64,000 bases of DNA from Syncephalis fuscata S228 (Eukaryota > Fungi > Zoopagomycota). Below are positions 28,452 through 43,145 of this stretch, in pieces (the stretch's first letter is position 1; each line of letters opens with the position of its first letter). The translations under genes were made by a program, and so were the position numbers. Location: contig JAHLTZ010000005.1 of assembly GCA_025786725.1 (NCBI GenBank), forward strand, positions 830,191-894,190, in the 5' to 3' direction. The notes beneath the pieces are model-generated. The model ran no database searches, was not told the DNA's origin, and saw only the letters and a program-made list of their open reading frames with translations.

Positions 28452-30023
28452 ATGACTGCTACTGAAGAGAAATCAAGACGGCCAGCGAGTAAGTATAATA
28501 CTAGACGCATCTTGTATTATTGTAATGCTGCAGTTTACTAATTGCCTATTATTGTTATTATTGCTATACATATATTACTTGTATTTAGACACGGCCTTTA
28601 AGCAACAACGTCTTAAAGCCTGGCAACCCATTCTTACACCAAAGACCGTATTACCTACACTGTTTATCATTGGTATTATATTTGCCCCTATTGGTGGTGT
28701 ACTGTTTTACGTCAGCGAAAATGTAAGTTATCGTTACTTGTGCCAACTGCTTGACAACATGCATCCAACTGACTAATATTAATGAAACTTAACTTGTCTA
28801 TACTACTAGGTGACCGAAATAGTAATCAATTACAGTAGATGCGACAGTGCCGGTTCAACATTCGTACCTTTGGGTAAAAAGTCCTATCGTTACTCACTTC
28901 CTTCGTCAAGCAGCACTAAATACGATGAACCGCGCTTCAAATCAACGTTAATTAATGATCTGGTGAAAATAATCGACTACCTGATGCGCCAGCATATGCT
29001 ATAAACAATGTCACGCGATGCACTCTTAGTTTGAAATTCCTGTCGATTTGAAGCCACCTGTCTACATGTATTATCTTTTAGACAATTTCTATCAGAATCA
29101 TCGTAAATACGTCAAATCTTTTGATTCCGAACAATTAAAAGGTACTGCACGTACTCGCGACCAGTTAGCAACTGGTGGATGTACCGATTTGCTTGGACCA
29201 TCCGACTCCAGTCAGTTCTATTATCCATGTGGTTTAATTGCCAACTCTATGTTTAATGATACAATTTCATCGAACTCAAACCACTTTCACAGAGCAACGG
29301 TAACAACAACAAGGCAGCTGATGATACGGCAAAGCAGTTTAAATTTTCAAATAAGGGCATTACTTGGTCATCAGATAGTAATAAATACGGCAAGACTTCC
29401 TATACAGCAGATCAATTGGGCAATATTCTACCGCCACCTAACTGGGCTACTCGCTATAAGGATGGCAAGTATGCCAGTATTGACGATTTACCACAATTAC
29501 AAAACGATGAACACTTCCAAGTATGGATGCGCACGGCTGGCCTACCTACATTTAGAAAATTGTACGGCAGAAGTGATAAGGAAGGTATTAGCAAGGGCAA
29601 ATATACATTGGACATCGATTTACGTAAGTTAAAAGAATAAAAGAGTAACAACGGCTAATTCGTACATGTATATACGTATATATTATAGATTTCAATACAT
29701 CATATTATGGTGGCAGTAAATCGATTGTTATTTCAACAGTTAGTTTCTTAGGCGGCAAGAATCCATTCTTAGGTATTGCCTATATTACAGTGGCCGTCAT
29801 TTGTGTCATTCTGGGTTGTGTATTTACACTTCGCCATTTGTATAAACCAAGGTATTTAATATTAATACTTATTTGTTTTACAAACGCTAATTTCTACTAT
29901 AGAAAACTTGGTGATCACACCTATTTGTCGTGGAATCAACAAGGTGGACCTGTTGGTGGCAGTGGAGGTGCTGCTAGTCCCGATGGTCCAAGAAGTCCAA
30001 TGGCCGGTGGGGGCGGAAATTAG
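28452..30023 (+). CDS. CDC50: CDC50/LEM3 family P4-ATPase flippase beta subunit
   Basis: [25 protein letters not shown]1, [62 protein letters not shown] and [12 protein letters not shown]. Apparent indels near 28970-29030 and 29270. Confidence 0.95.
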
Positions 30024-30329
30024 CTTTACGAACTAGTATGCGTATTATTTCATATTTCTGATCACTTAATACAAAGAATAAGCGTAAAAGTGATTATTTC
30101 AATAGTAACAAGACTTTTAGTTACATGTTGTCGTTATAGTAATTTGTATAAATGGAGAAAATAATAGAGGAAAGAGAAAGGAATGATATAAACGATGAAC
30201 TAAATTGAATTGAATTGAATTGAAATATTTTGAAATATGATTTTAATTTCACAGCCATAATGACAGTATATTGTGGTGCATTCTACATATATACGATCAT
30301 TAGCAATAAAAGAATGCAAATAATAAGTA

Positions 30330-31712
30330 TTAATGGCGATGATGATGATGATGATGAGGTAAACGTGATATTGATGAACAACTCAAGGCAGGTTTTGCCT
30401 CTTCATCCTCTGTCATAGTAGCAACAGGCCACCAACGTAGTAAACGAATACGCCAATTATCAAGTAGATGTGGACTTGGTGTAGGAGCCAAATGTTCTAT
30501 TCGGAACTCACTAATACGTCCATGAATGTCAAATCGATAGGCGAATACACCTTCACAAATAACAGATGACGGCATTGATGAGTCTAATCTATTATCTACA
30601 GCATTAGATTGTTGTTGTTGAGTAGAAGGTGATGTTGTAGGTATTTTTGTACCGGCCAACGGTGATGGCATAAGTAAAGAGGCTAAAGTCTGTGTTGTTT
30701 TAGTAGCAAGACTTGTTGAATCTGAATCTGAAGAATTTGCATTTTTACAATGTTCAAATCGCCAACGAATACGTAATTCTGAGGCAGCTTTTCCAAGTTT
30801 TACGCTATGCTCATCATTATGCTGTTGACGGCCATTTCCCGTAGAAGTTGATTGCTGTTTCGTATTTAATGGCATAGATGAATGGCTAGTAGGTGGATGA
30901 ACCGAGACAATACGTATGTAGGCCCCTTCCCGACCATAATACCAACGAATAGACCAGCGTAAACTTCTAATGATCCATAAATAAACATGACGACCTCGTA
31001 AACTTAATCGTGTATGATGTGGGTCGCTTATTAGCATGTCCGATCGATAAATATGCGTGTAATACGGCATATGACGTGGAAATGCTTCCAAATCATATTT
31101 TAGACCACGAATTGCTAATCAATATTAGATAGATTAATTAACATAAACACTGCCATTAGTAATACGATATAGCTATTTAATGATTAATGTATTACCTTCG
31201 CCTACATTGAGTTCAAATTCATTAGGCGATATTTGCTCATTGTTGCCTCGAGTACTACTATTGCTATTATCGCGATCATTGTTGCTGTTATTGGCTTTGT
31301 TATTGCTGTCATTGCTGTTGCCAACACTATACTTTACAATGTTGTTATTTAACGACAAATCTACTGAATCATTATTAAAAACCGTAGAGAGATAGTGTTT
31401 CGACGCTGAATCTAACGGTTGCAATGAACAAGTTGTTATATCTATTGCCTTGTACCGTGTAGCCATTGTCGTTATTGACACTGGATACTGTTTTGTTGCC
31501 ACATTGGTTATGGTCGGTGTCAACAAACCCGTCTAGCTGGTCCAAAAGAGCGACAAAACATGTTCGATGATAGTAGACGAGTGAACATACTGCTGCTGTT
31601 ACTGCTAGTACTGCTACTATGACAGCTACTGCTACAACTACTATTACTAGTATTAAAAAAGTGGCTTCATAACAAAAGAGGTTGAAAGAAATGGTACATA
31701 TTTATTTAACAT
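30330..31712 (-). CDS. C6orf136/DUF2358-like (SnoaL/NTF2-like) putative mitochondrial protein
   Basis: FELNVG/AIRGLKYDL..F, IYRSDMLISDP, LRGRHVYLW, LRIRWRFE and EGVFAYRFDIHGRISEFRIEHLAP. Ser-rich N-terminus; start uncertain (frame break near 31530). Confidence 0.65.
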
Positions 31713-32529
31713 TTCTCCTGAATATTACTTTACAGCGCTACTTTCTATAATAGCAATAATACTAAAGTCATTTATTCATTATCTAATTACTATTATTATT
31801 ATTATTAGCTAGTAGTTGATTGTATAATTATGCTGTATTAGTATTTATTAGATTAGCAATAAATAACATCAAATTTGATACAGGTACATCAAACTGTTTG
31901 AACATTAATACTATTGTTTTATCGAGTGTTTTGTAGTTGATTGTTAACATTGAATTTCTGTTTGGTAGCTAGACAAACACCTTAACATCTGAAACAATAG
32001 AAATACCAGGACTATTAATGGAAATTCAAGATAACTTGAATCTTGGTATATCGAGAAAGAAAGCTTAGTATTTACTAGCTGACATATATTACCTGGTATT
32101 TACTACTATAGCCATGCCAACTATATAATAAAAATAGCAATAAAAAGTTGTTAAAACTGTCAACTAAGATTACAAGTAGTCATAGTATCATTACCAAACA
32201 ACCGTATTTGATCTAGATCAAAGGCTTCATGTTATCGATATAGAATGCGTCGTAATAGGACTTAAAACACAAGGAACAAAGCATCAATCGTTTTACACGT
32301 TCTAGAACTTGCCTATTAGAATAGAGGGCAGATAAGGAAGATATATGTATTAAATAATATAATTATAAACACGGAGACTATAGGAGAGAATAGGAGAAGC
32401 GTAACGCATTGTGCTAATATGGAGTCATGTTCAATGGTTACTATCGTTATTATACACTCTATAGACTAAATGACGACGATGACCCACACAAATAAGTGTG
32501 GAAAGGTTTGAGTAATTTTATAGATTCAC

Positions 32530-32767
32530 ATGTGTGTGTGTGTGTGCCATCAACGGATTTCATTCTTTTACTCCGAGAATTCAGTCTATACACACACACA
32601 CTCATATTCATTCTTGATACTTACTTTTTTCTACCAATTGATATGCGTGCAGGCTGTATGTAAGGTTAGGAGACACATACACTGGCACAAACAACAAACC
32701 ATAAGCGTATTTACTCTTTCTCTATCTATCAATCTATCACACATAAGCACACACACACACACACACA
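32530..32767. repeat. (TG)n/(CA)n microsatellites upstream of the PP4R1-like gene
   Basis: tgtgtgtgtgtgtgtg at ~32531, acacacacac at ~32590 and ~32748-32767. Confidence 0.8.
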
Positions 32768-33145
32768 ACTCACTTACATATATATATCTACAGTCATCTA
32801 TTGTTGCTTTTGACTTTGGATGCGCCTTCTTTTGCATTGACTCTTAGTTCTATTACGCAATCGATACTATTTGTCCTATTGGAACGTTTTTCCTCTCCTT
32901 CTCTTTCTCTTTCCACTATCCTTCGTGTGGTGTGTGTAGCTACGTGCTGCGAATAGCACAACTACTTGAGTGCATACTGTAGGCTATTCGTTATACTATA
33001 TATCGCATTTATTCTGCCACAGCTACTACTACAGCCACAGCTACTATTAACAGTATAGCATATATAGTATCGGTGGTCGTTGTAGTCTTGTAACTTTCAT
33101 CACTACGCCTATCGCTACTATCTCTATTATTATTGTCGTTAAACC

Positions 33146-36100
33146 ATGGCTGGTAAGATTTAACTAATACTAGATTGGTCAGATGAATTGTTTATTTACT
33201 ATGTTGTTATGTTTAGATCTTTATTTTATGTTTGGAGGCGATGATGAAGAGGAATTAACTATACCGGTTTCTAATAATCTTAACCATCCTGACGGCAAAG
33301 CTACTCTAGATACTGGATATGATAATACCAAGCCTAAACAAGCAACACTTGACGTTGAAGACGACGATGTACAACGTGCAGTAGCAGCAGTGTTGGATGC
33401 TGAAGAGGCAGCGGCTAAGGCAGAAGAATTAGCCAACGGTGTTCCAATGGTCCATCCTGATGCTTTATTACAACAGATGCAACAACAGCAACAACAACAA
33501 CAACAGCGAATATCTGAGCCTAACGGTAGCTTTAAAGCACGTCTAGATGCATGGTATGCCGATGATGTTGAAGATGATGACGATGAAGAAGATGAAGAAG
33601 ACGCGGAAAGAAATGGATCCAATACTATCGATGACCAAGCGGATACAACAATCAGCTTATTGGACGATGTTGAACAGCCACTTAGTCCATTGGAACAAAT
33701 CTATTTACTATTAAGAAGTAGCACATCTTCTCAACGGTAAGTTATAACAAGCACCATATAATGGATTATATTAATGACTATTGCATATTATAGAATTGAT
33801 GGTATTGTTCAATTACCTGAATTGCTTCCAGAAATACCTCCTTCTGATGCTGTAGACTATTGCGTTGATTTAATTTACTCGCTGGCCGATGATTCCGAGG
33901 ATTCTGTGCGCTGTGCACTTGCCGAGCAATTAGATAGAATTCTCGCCTATTATTTCATCAACTGCATGTTGCCTACGGCCAACAACAAAGACGTCGATCA
34001 CCATGACGATGAAGAGAAGACAGAACGAAGCGAAAACGAAGACGAGGAAGATGAAGATACAAAAAATAGTAAAAATGAACTACCAATATCTACCAGTGCT
34101 ATCACTACACACGCTGATATAGCCGATGGAGATGAACCACCAATGGCTACTCATTTACACAACAGTCACCAATTGATTAAGCAAAATTGCCATCAGGCAG
34201 TATGGTAGAATTGATACAGAAATTGTTATTAGATCCTGTATTGTTGGTGGCCGACTATACACGTGATGCCATACTTCGACTGTGTGATCGTGTAGATATT
34301 CCCTTTAAGGTACTTCACACCGAAGTGATTCATGGCGCCATATTTGCCCTGGATAGTGTGGAGGATACATCTGGATCACGCAATAGTAATGGCGGTATAT
34401 CAGCACAGCATTATTCTTCGCTGAATCACAGTATGGGTGGTAGTGATCATGATAATGGATTTGGATTCAATTTCAGTGCCAATTCAATGAGTGGCGGTAT
34501 GGCAATGCACCAGCAGTTGGACGGGCTGCCTGTGCTGTGCTTGGCATCCTGGCACCGTTGTGCGAACGTTTAGACGAAGAGACGTGTGAACATGAAGTAC
34601 TTACTCGGCTAGTGAGCTGGACCAATGATTCATCGTATACTATTCGGCGCAGCACAGTGCCGACATTTGTGCCATGGCTGCTCGATTATCTAGTCGTCGT
34701 AATGAGCTACTTACACTTTATGTAGCACTGTCACGTGATGCAGTCTGGCATGTACGTCAAGCTTGTGCCGAGCATTTAGACAAATTAGTGCCACTAATTG
34801 CCTCCGGTAACATGGCTTCCACCGAACCGGAGACGCCTAAATCGGCCATATTCCCTCCGGATGGCCATTACCTGTTAGTCCGACTATTTGGCTGAACCAG
34901 GTAATGAGCATGTTCGTAATCTACTATATCGTCCTTCTCTATCGGATGATGTGCTTGAACGGCGTGCAGCGTGGATGCTTGAACGATATGATATCTTTTT
35001 GGCCGATACAAGTCGTGGTGTACGTGAATCGGCTTGGAAGGCCATTGGTCGGCTGGCTGCTGCATTTCCTCGCGGCCAAGTGCCCAATGGTCTTGTGGAG
35101 CGCTATGTTGCTATGCCACTGGCCCAACCAGATGAGAATGATATTAATGAGCCGGAACGAGCAGTACAATGTGCCTATAATATGCCAGGTAAATAGGATA
35201 GATGCTATAAAGGCACATTTAGGATAAATGCTAACCATATTCTATAATCTTATTATTTATAATAATAGCTATGGTGCTAATGCTTGGTGCCGATCGATGG
35301 CTCGAACTAAGCCAATGCTATACAGTTCTCGTCGGCGATATGCAAGTAAGTGGCAGGCTATATAGCTATAGTATTTGGCTTTATATTCTATAGTTGCTAA
35401 TATGTTATTTTGTGCATATAATTAGGCAGCTACTCGGTGTAGTCTAGCACATTCTCTGCCTGTACTCGCTTCAATGCTATCGAAGAAAGATGCCGACGAT
35501 TACTTGTTTAGTGCATTCCAGCACTTTATGCAAGATGGAGGTGAAGTACATGCTGCAGCTTTAAGTGGATTTGCCGAATTTCTAGGCCATCTTTCACCAG
35601 AAACACGAAAGCGCTGTCTTCCTAACATTATTGGTTGGTATCAGAATGGACAACGTGACTGGCGTACGCGTGAAACGATTGTTCTGTAAGTAATATATAG
35701 CACAAATAGCTATTTGATATACGCTAATTATTTATCGATAGCCAACTCGTAAGATTAAGCGAATTATGCTCCATCGACGATATTGCCGACTATTTGTTAC
35801 AAGTCGTTGAAGCAGCCTTGATTGATCGAGTGGCTCAAATTAGAGATGCAGCAGTAACGTGGTAAGTGGATAATATTACAAAGTGTATCGATTAATAATG
35901 AATATAAATGCATAATAGCTGGCAGCAATTTTAGCACGAGCAATGTATGATCAAGCGCCTATTGCTAGGCTACTTGATGCACTTGTTAGAATGTCACGCC
36001 ATCCAGAACATCGTATGCGCCTACTGTAAGTATTTATTAAGTAATTTAATGATTTAAATAAAAATACTGATTGGCCATTAATTTAGATTCTTAAAAGTAT

Positions 36101-37650
36101 GTGGAGCATTAGTACAACGCCAACTCGTATCTTCAGTTGCCATGCGTGATTATTTATTGCCACGAGCAACTGAATTGGCCATCGATCCAGTAGCCAATAT
36201 TCGATTAGCTACTGTTCGATTGTTCCGTCATATTGGTCGATTATTGAATGGAGACAGAACATTGGCAACCTTTGCCAGTGTAGTGGTCAGTCGATTAAGA
36301 AACGATGCAGATCGTGATGTACGCAGTGCAGTACTCGACCTCGAAGCATTCTGTCCCCACCGCATTACATTGCCACAGATTGAACGATCAGCATCATCTA
36401 ACGAGAGTATTATGAACTACGAGATGGAACACGCCGTAGATGCATACATTCATGATATGGAAACGGTAGATTTAGACATTATTGAAGATGAATTGGACGA
36501 TCCAATGCTTAATGATACGCCACTGCCAATGGAAGTGCAGGGTGACTATATTCATTTTGATGTAGAAGACTTTGCCGAATATTGTATCAAAAAGAATAAC
36601 GATGAAGTTGAAGCGGTTAATGCACCATTTCTATTAGAAGAATCAGATCATATTTCAACACTCAATTTGACTGGTCTTAAATCCTATGAAGACGGTAAAA
36701 GCAATGAAGACGGTAATGATACTGATGATCATGCAACAGCCGCGTCTACCTTGAGACTATCACTCGTGTCGCCTACAGCAAGTGAAGATTCAACGGTTTC
36801 ACCGGCTACACCTACTTCATTATCTTTACCAGACTATTTACCTTCGTCAACACTAATTCTATCAAGTGACCTTAATGGCATGCCCACTGCAAAGCCATTA
36901 ACACCGGGCACTGAACGCACACTGGACCTTGAATCGGAATCTACTTTGGAAGAAGAAAATACATCATCTACAGAAACGAGTACTATTACAACTGAAGTGG
37001 AAGAAAATGTTGCTGATACTACAAATGAACCAGCGCCATTATCTATTTTAACCAAATTAGAAACCACTAATGATACAGTAGATGATGAACTGGAAAGTGA
37101 ATTGATTGAATTGAATTCACCATTAGAACTAGCATCATTGGTTAATTTGAGTGATGAAGCTACACTGCCTGCCGACGATGTAATAGACCGTGGCATTAAT
37201 GGAATAAAAGAATCTACAGAGGCCGAATCTACAGTCCATATTCCGCCTATTGCCAGTGACTTGCATCGAACAGAACGACGTAAAAGTTTTGAAGCAGCAT
37301 CATTGGCTATTTCATCAAGGCGCTACTCATCCGATGAAAGCCGATCTACTACTTTGAACAAATCAATTCATTCATTGAATACAACTAGTAGCAGTATAGT
37401 GGCAACATCACCATCGCTTTCAAAAAAAGTGATAACCAACGGTATATTATCTCCTACTAATACTACCACCGCCACTAGCAATAATACCACTAATACTAAT
37501 AGTCCAGGAAAACAATCACCTGTATCGGATAATGGAGAACGTGATATTGATGGCAGTTGTTCACCGGTACCATCTCACAGTGAAGAAGATAATCCATCAT
37601 GTGTTGAAACAGATCAACGAACAGACAAAAATCTAATGGTTCCAGGTTAA
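33146..37650 (+). CDS. Serine/threonine phosphatase 4 regulatory subunit 1-like HEAT-repeat protein
   Basis: MA/DLYF start and HEAT repeats (LADDSEDSVRCALAEQL, DAVWHVRQACAE, DTSRGVRESA, RDWRTRE, DPVANIRLA, DADRDVR). CAYNMPAMVLMLGADRW matches the PP4R1 CAYSLPGVALTLGRQNW motif. Poly-Q and long acidic/Ser-Thr tail; several indels at 34190-34890. Confidence 0.85.
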
Positions 37651-38371
37651 ATAGTTGAAGATGAACGATGACGATGAAGAAGAAGAAGAAGAAGAAAAGA
37701 ACTAGATAACCAGACACCATTAGTGCGTGTCTGTTTGTATCTGTGTTTGTGTGTCTATTGCTGTTGATTTGATATTTTTAAAGCATTTTGTCATGTGCTT
37801 GCGTTTATTGCATTACACAAGTTATGTAATTGTTGCTTATAACTGAAGCATTTTTCCTATTTTTATCACTATTATCGTCTATCTAATACCATGATACGAT
37901 GATGATAACACTTTATAAAAGTAAACCTTTACACAAATAGTCCCACATGATATGTATGTTTAGATTTAGATTTATTTATAACTAATAGAAAGCAAAAGGA
38001 TGCGTGCGTGTGTGTGTGTATTGTATGTGTGTATGTGTTTACGTAGTCGATAATAATGTTTAGTAGTAATTGGCATTGATTTATTTCCCATACCATTAAA
38101 CTGAATTTACGCCATGAGAGATGAGTGAGAAAACGTGCGTAATTTAGTTCATTGGGAAATAGTGCATAAATGTTACATTGATCATCCTTATGCACATATG
38201 AAGATGCGAGTGAATTGTTAATAGTTGACAATTTATTAAATATACAAAGATACAATAAAATGAGTTATAAATGGCTACACAAATAGTTGCAAGTTGAATA
38301 CTATTTCTTATGTTTTAGTTGCAAGTTTTGTTTTGTCATACCATATCTTCAGTACTATCCCAACGATAGTC

Positions 38372-40362
38372 ATGCGCGGGCGCTATTTACGTTATCTTTT
38401 GCGTCAATATTACAATGACATGTATAGAATTGTATTGCCATTGACGTATTACAGATTCATTATTTTTTTACTTTTAATCACTTTATCGATTGACACTTGT
38501 CAAGCAAATCTTACACTAACCTATCATAGCATTAATAATAATAATAGTAATAATAGTAACAGTAACAGTACACTTACAGTAGACACAAGTGATTTATTTT
38601 TAAAACAGCCAGTTTCTCTTGTACCGCCCAAACATAACGGCACACTTATTCTACTGCCAATACGGCGTGATCGTTGTGCATTTGCCACATTTAATAGCAG
38701 CAATACGGCAATTAAGGAAATAGCCCGCCAAGCAAGCAATTACAACGATACAGGCCTACTTATTCTTTGGCCATTGGCTAAAACGGTGGGATGTGCATCT
38801 ATAGCGCAGCTTGTCAGTGCAGCTCAAGATGTATCACCGCATATCGAAAAGATCGGCTTTCCCAGTATCACTTGGATGGGCATACTTGCTCAACCAATAT
38901 CGTCCACACCCGTTGCTGGCATGTATCGAGCATGGGGACCCGATGATGAAGTCGATTATGGCAATCTAGTTAAAAAGGCAACAGCAACAGCACCAACTAC
39001 AAATAATAGCAGTGGCAATAATAGTACTACCAAAGCATCTATTACAATTGCTCTTATCAATGAGTATGATAGTAAAAAAATAGTAGATTTCTCTTCAAAA
39101 CAAGACATCTTTTTATTTACTGCAATTTATGGCAAGTATTCTATTTAATAATAGTTGGTGCCATTAACTAATCTTTATTTAAGATGCTGGTCCCTGGAAT
39201 AACGTATATCTTAGCTTCTTATACAATCTTTATCGTTGGATAGTCGCCATTTGTCTCTTGGGTGGCTTATCTTTCTTTATAATTCACTTAATACGTAATA
39301 TACGCTATCATAGACATGCTTATATGAAAGCTTGTGCTAAAGCATCAGGCATGGCCATGTTTATTACGCCAAGTAAGGCTATGTTATACAACAGTGACAG
39401 TTCAAGTTTGGCTAATGTTTGTAATACTAGTACTTATCATGGTACTTATGCTCTATCCAAGTCCCATTCACGTATCTTTTGGTGTGGCGACCTTTTCTAT
39501 GACCCGTATCGCCTCTATTGTTTTACTTTGGTTCGTGTAAGTGACGCCTTATGACGGCAAATGACGCCTAATGAAATGTAGATCAAAGTGTGCTAGTTGC
39601 GGCTCCTCAACCGCTAGAATGATGGCGTTTCGGGCCTTTCTGGTTATGGGCTTGATCTTGCAACTGGGTATTGGAATTATTATTACAGTAGCAACAAGTC
39701 AGCTATTGATTAAATTTGGCTACTTGAAACTGGCACAAAAGTTGAATCAACTTGCTAATTCCATTGCTATTGCTCAATCTGGCTCTGTGGTCATACTACT
39801 TGGCATCTCATGTAAGCAGTTTTATTGTTTTGTATCTTTGACCGACCTTATCCATTTAATTGCCATAGGCATCTGGTTTTTATGGAGATTACGTTACACT
39901 CGTTACACCGATTCTGGCCGATTGCGAACCATTCAGGTAAATTGGCTAATAAATTAGCTTATCAATGGATGGCTAATGATACTTTCGCTCTAGCTTACTA
40001 TACTAGTGGCCATTGCCGTTCTACTTTCTCTACTTGATTTTATGATGGATGCCAATAGTGTTGGACTTTTTCGATGGACGGTTATTTTATTTCAAAACTA
40101 TAGTAGTCATCCAGCCAGCAATGCAGCCTATGCTGCCCTTTTTACCGACGGCCTATTATTTTTTTTAGCTACTATGCGCGTACTGTTTGTTTTCTTTGCT
40201 TTTCTGCCGTTTTTAACAGCATATGTAAAACGAGACTCGTGCCAACAGGAGGGCCTTTTATCAGAAAGTGCAAATGAAGACACGTCATCTTCAAACGAGG
40301 AGGTTGCACCGCCTCAATCCGTAAGATCCCCAAGAGTTAACTATGATGCAACAATGTATTAA
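38372..40362 (+). CDS. Signal peptide + PA-like ectodomain + multi-pass (~7 TM) membrane protein, paralog 1
   Basis: Signal FIIFLLLITLSIDTCQA (ATG at 38372 or 38420). Ectodomain GTLILLP..C.F...GCASIAQL..AAQ...GFP...WGP...IALIN, spliced DAGPWN, then successive hydrophobic segments and a short polar tail. Confidence 0.7.
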
Positions 40363-41026
40363 AGCTCTTTATTCAAGTCAAATACGTTATTTTGAGGTAT
40401 CGTGTTTCTTTGTCAAGCCAGCATAACAAAGACCATGTGAACTGCAATTACCCGGTGTTTAATAAAGACAATCAGTAATCATGTGCTATTATTAATTTAT
40501 GATTACTTGAAATGGCAATAGAGCGGAGTTGTAGTGGTTGAATAGTTCAATATAGACAGACTTAGAAGGCGGTCATTAAAGGGGAGGGAGGGGTAAGCAC
40601 ACTGCCTCAGCTGACTTGTCCCACATCCAGTATATGAGATAGAGGTGGCCATACGCAGAACACGCCCACACACTATGATTTTCCATCATTCCCTAATCCA
40701 TCATTTTTTTGTCGGTCTTTCTAATTGACAAAACTCCGTTATAATATTACTTTTATTGTCGTCGCTTTTTAAACTATCCATATTACGCAAAAGTAGCTCG
40801 CTGATTGAACCGCTGATATACGCTCTTTACTACTCTTTCTCCTTCTCGTCGTCATATCCTCATAGCGGCCGGTCCGTTGTCTATTCCTCTTAAACAGCAG
40901 TTCAATAAGTTAAGGCATTTGTATTTGTGGTGTAAATAGTGCTGTGCGCTATACTGGTTTGATACTATTCACTCGCTACACCAAGACATACATACAAAGC
41001 AAAAAATAACTATCTACTTTGAAAGT

Positions 41027-43145
41027 ATGGATCTATCCAAACGCTATGCAAACATAGCTGCAATGAAGCTATGGTCTGTGGTGCTTGCTTGCCTGTTTAT
41101 TAGCAGTGTGCATGCCTCGTTAGAACTTCGACTTAACGACACGGCCTTGACCTTGAACACAGCGAACATCTTTCGTGAACCCAATGTAGAGTATAGTCGG
41201 CATGGTAAACTTATCTTTTTGCCACTTGACTCCAAAGACTGCCAATTTACTCCACTTGATGGATCAAAGGATATTGTTCAAAAAGTAGCCAAGGAAGCGG
41301 CACAATCCCCCGACACAGGCATTATTGTATCATGGTCGAATGCTCGAAGAAATGGCTGTAGATCCATTGCTCAGGTAAGTGGCAAACAGCAGACTTTTAG
41401 TTTTTGCTTGTGCATCAGGTCTATTGTTTCACATTAGTGAAAATGGCAATGAATTTGCCATGCAGCACCACGTGTATCCATAACACGTATCTAACGAATG
41501 AACCATATGCATGTATAGCTGGCCACAGCAGCTCAAAAGATATCCGACAATCTGAAGACTATCGGCTTCCCTCCCGTCTCTTACTTGGCAATTATGTCGC
41601 AAAGTGCTGATGAGCTGGAAGATTGGGGACCCAATACAGTAAAATCCACAGGCTTACCATCGCTTAACCCCAGTACTGGACAAGGCTTAGCCATCGCTTT
41701 AATTAATCAACAGGACACTACGCGATTCTATAATTCCATTAACATTAATGATAATTATTCATTTATTGCCAAATCTGGTAAGAGATTAGTTGTATTTAAC
41801 GTAGATCTTTTTGCTGACACGTTTGTCTATTTATTAATAGATCCTGGTCCATGGAATAGAACATTTACCAGTCGTGGCTATTTTATTTTCCAATGGGTTA
41901 TGTTTGGACTGGTAAGTAGTACAGTGTGCTCATATTAGCAGTTTCACTCAATTACCGCTTTAGATTGCTGTAAGTGCGGTAGTTGCCCTTGGTCGTGCGT
42001 TTTGGCAAATGATCCGTGGTGCCTATTTCTACGGTGATAGCCGTACAATACTTTTAATAGTTTCAATCATGGCTGCAATAGGTAAGTAAACTAGACTGCG
42101 TTTATTATTTGTTGTGCTTATATTTGCATTATTTTAGTATCGGCATTCAGTTTTTCTATTTCGGTATCGACACGTATTGATACGATATTAAAAGCGACCG
42201 CGTTTTGTCTATCGTGTTGTGCTTTTGCCATACTTTGTTGGTACTGGTAAGCATTCTGTTTATGATGTCATTCATAGCGTTTTTACTAACATTGGCCCAT
42301 TTAACCTATAGGTCCTATCAAGTTACCGAGCATATTTCCTCCAAAGTATTGGTTGCATTCCGTGCTTTCATTGGATTATCTCCCGTTGTAGGACTAATTA
42401 TTCTTATCCTACGGTCCATTCCAATAGCTCACTTGAAACTTATGGTGTTGTGGGAGATCTTCCTGTGCCTATGGAAGAGATATTGATTTACTATATTACT
42501 TTGGCAGAAATACCTATTACTTCAATTGCTTTTGCCTGCTTTGGTTAGTACATTGATATTGGTGAACGGCAAATATTTAAACCATGCTAATAATTACGTT
42601 GCATTATATAGGCACTTGGTTTTTAAGATGCTCATTCAAGAAACATTTAGGAAAGCTGAGCAAACGACATGCCACAGAGGTGAGTACAAGCTGAATTATA
42701 CGGTAGACATAGCATTAACAACTATCATTAGCTATCTATCCTATGCTTTACCCAGGCAGTGTTATTTGGTATGTCGACAGCCATCAATATAATTGAAGGG
42801 GTCAACAATGAAGGCCGCCGATATGGCACAATAACTGGCTATCTATATGCCAGTATTATTGACAGCATTCTTATCACAGTACAAGTCATGATTGCTCTCT
42901 GGGCACCGCCAGTGCCACTCAAATCTCAGGAACTGGCCGATGAAGACTTTACGGCACAGCTGGTGACCTCCTCGATATCTACTACTCCCACATCTCATCA
43001 CCCTTCTAACTCTGGATCTAACTCTGGATCCAATCGAACATCCATGGTATCCATTTGGACACCTACGCTGGAAGGCCGTGGCTTCCGTAAAGCTAAACCC
43101 GCCCCGCAACTCGATAATGCCAAACAGAATGGCGATTTCGTATAA
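41027..43145 (+). CDS. Signal peptide + PA-like ectodomain + multi-pass (~7 TM) membrane protein, paralog 2
   Basis: Signal MKLWSVVLACLFISSVHA (ATG at 41063, or 41027). GKLIFLP..C.F...GCRSIAQL..AAQ...GFP...WGP...IALIN, DPGPWN, hydrophobic helices, Ser-rich tail. Shares several intron positions with paralog 1. Confidence 0.7.

Noticed and set aside
30330-30360. C-terminal His run (HHHHHHRH) on the C6orf136-like protein
   Set aside because: Derived from a (GAT)n microsatellite; such triplet runs are common across this window.
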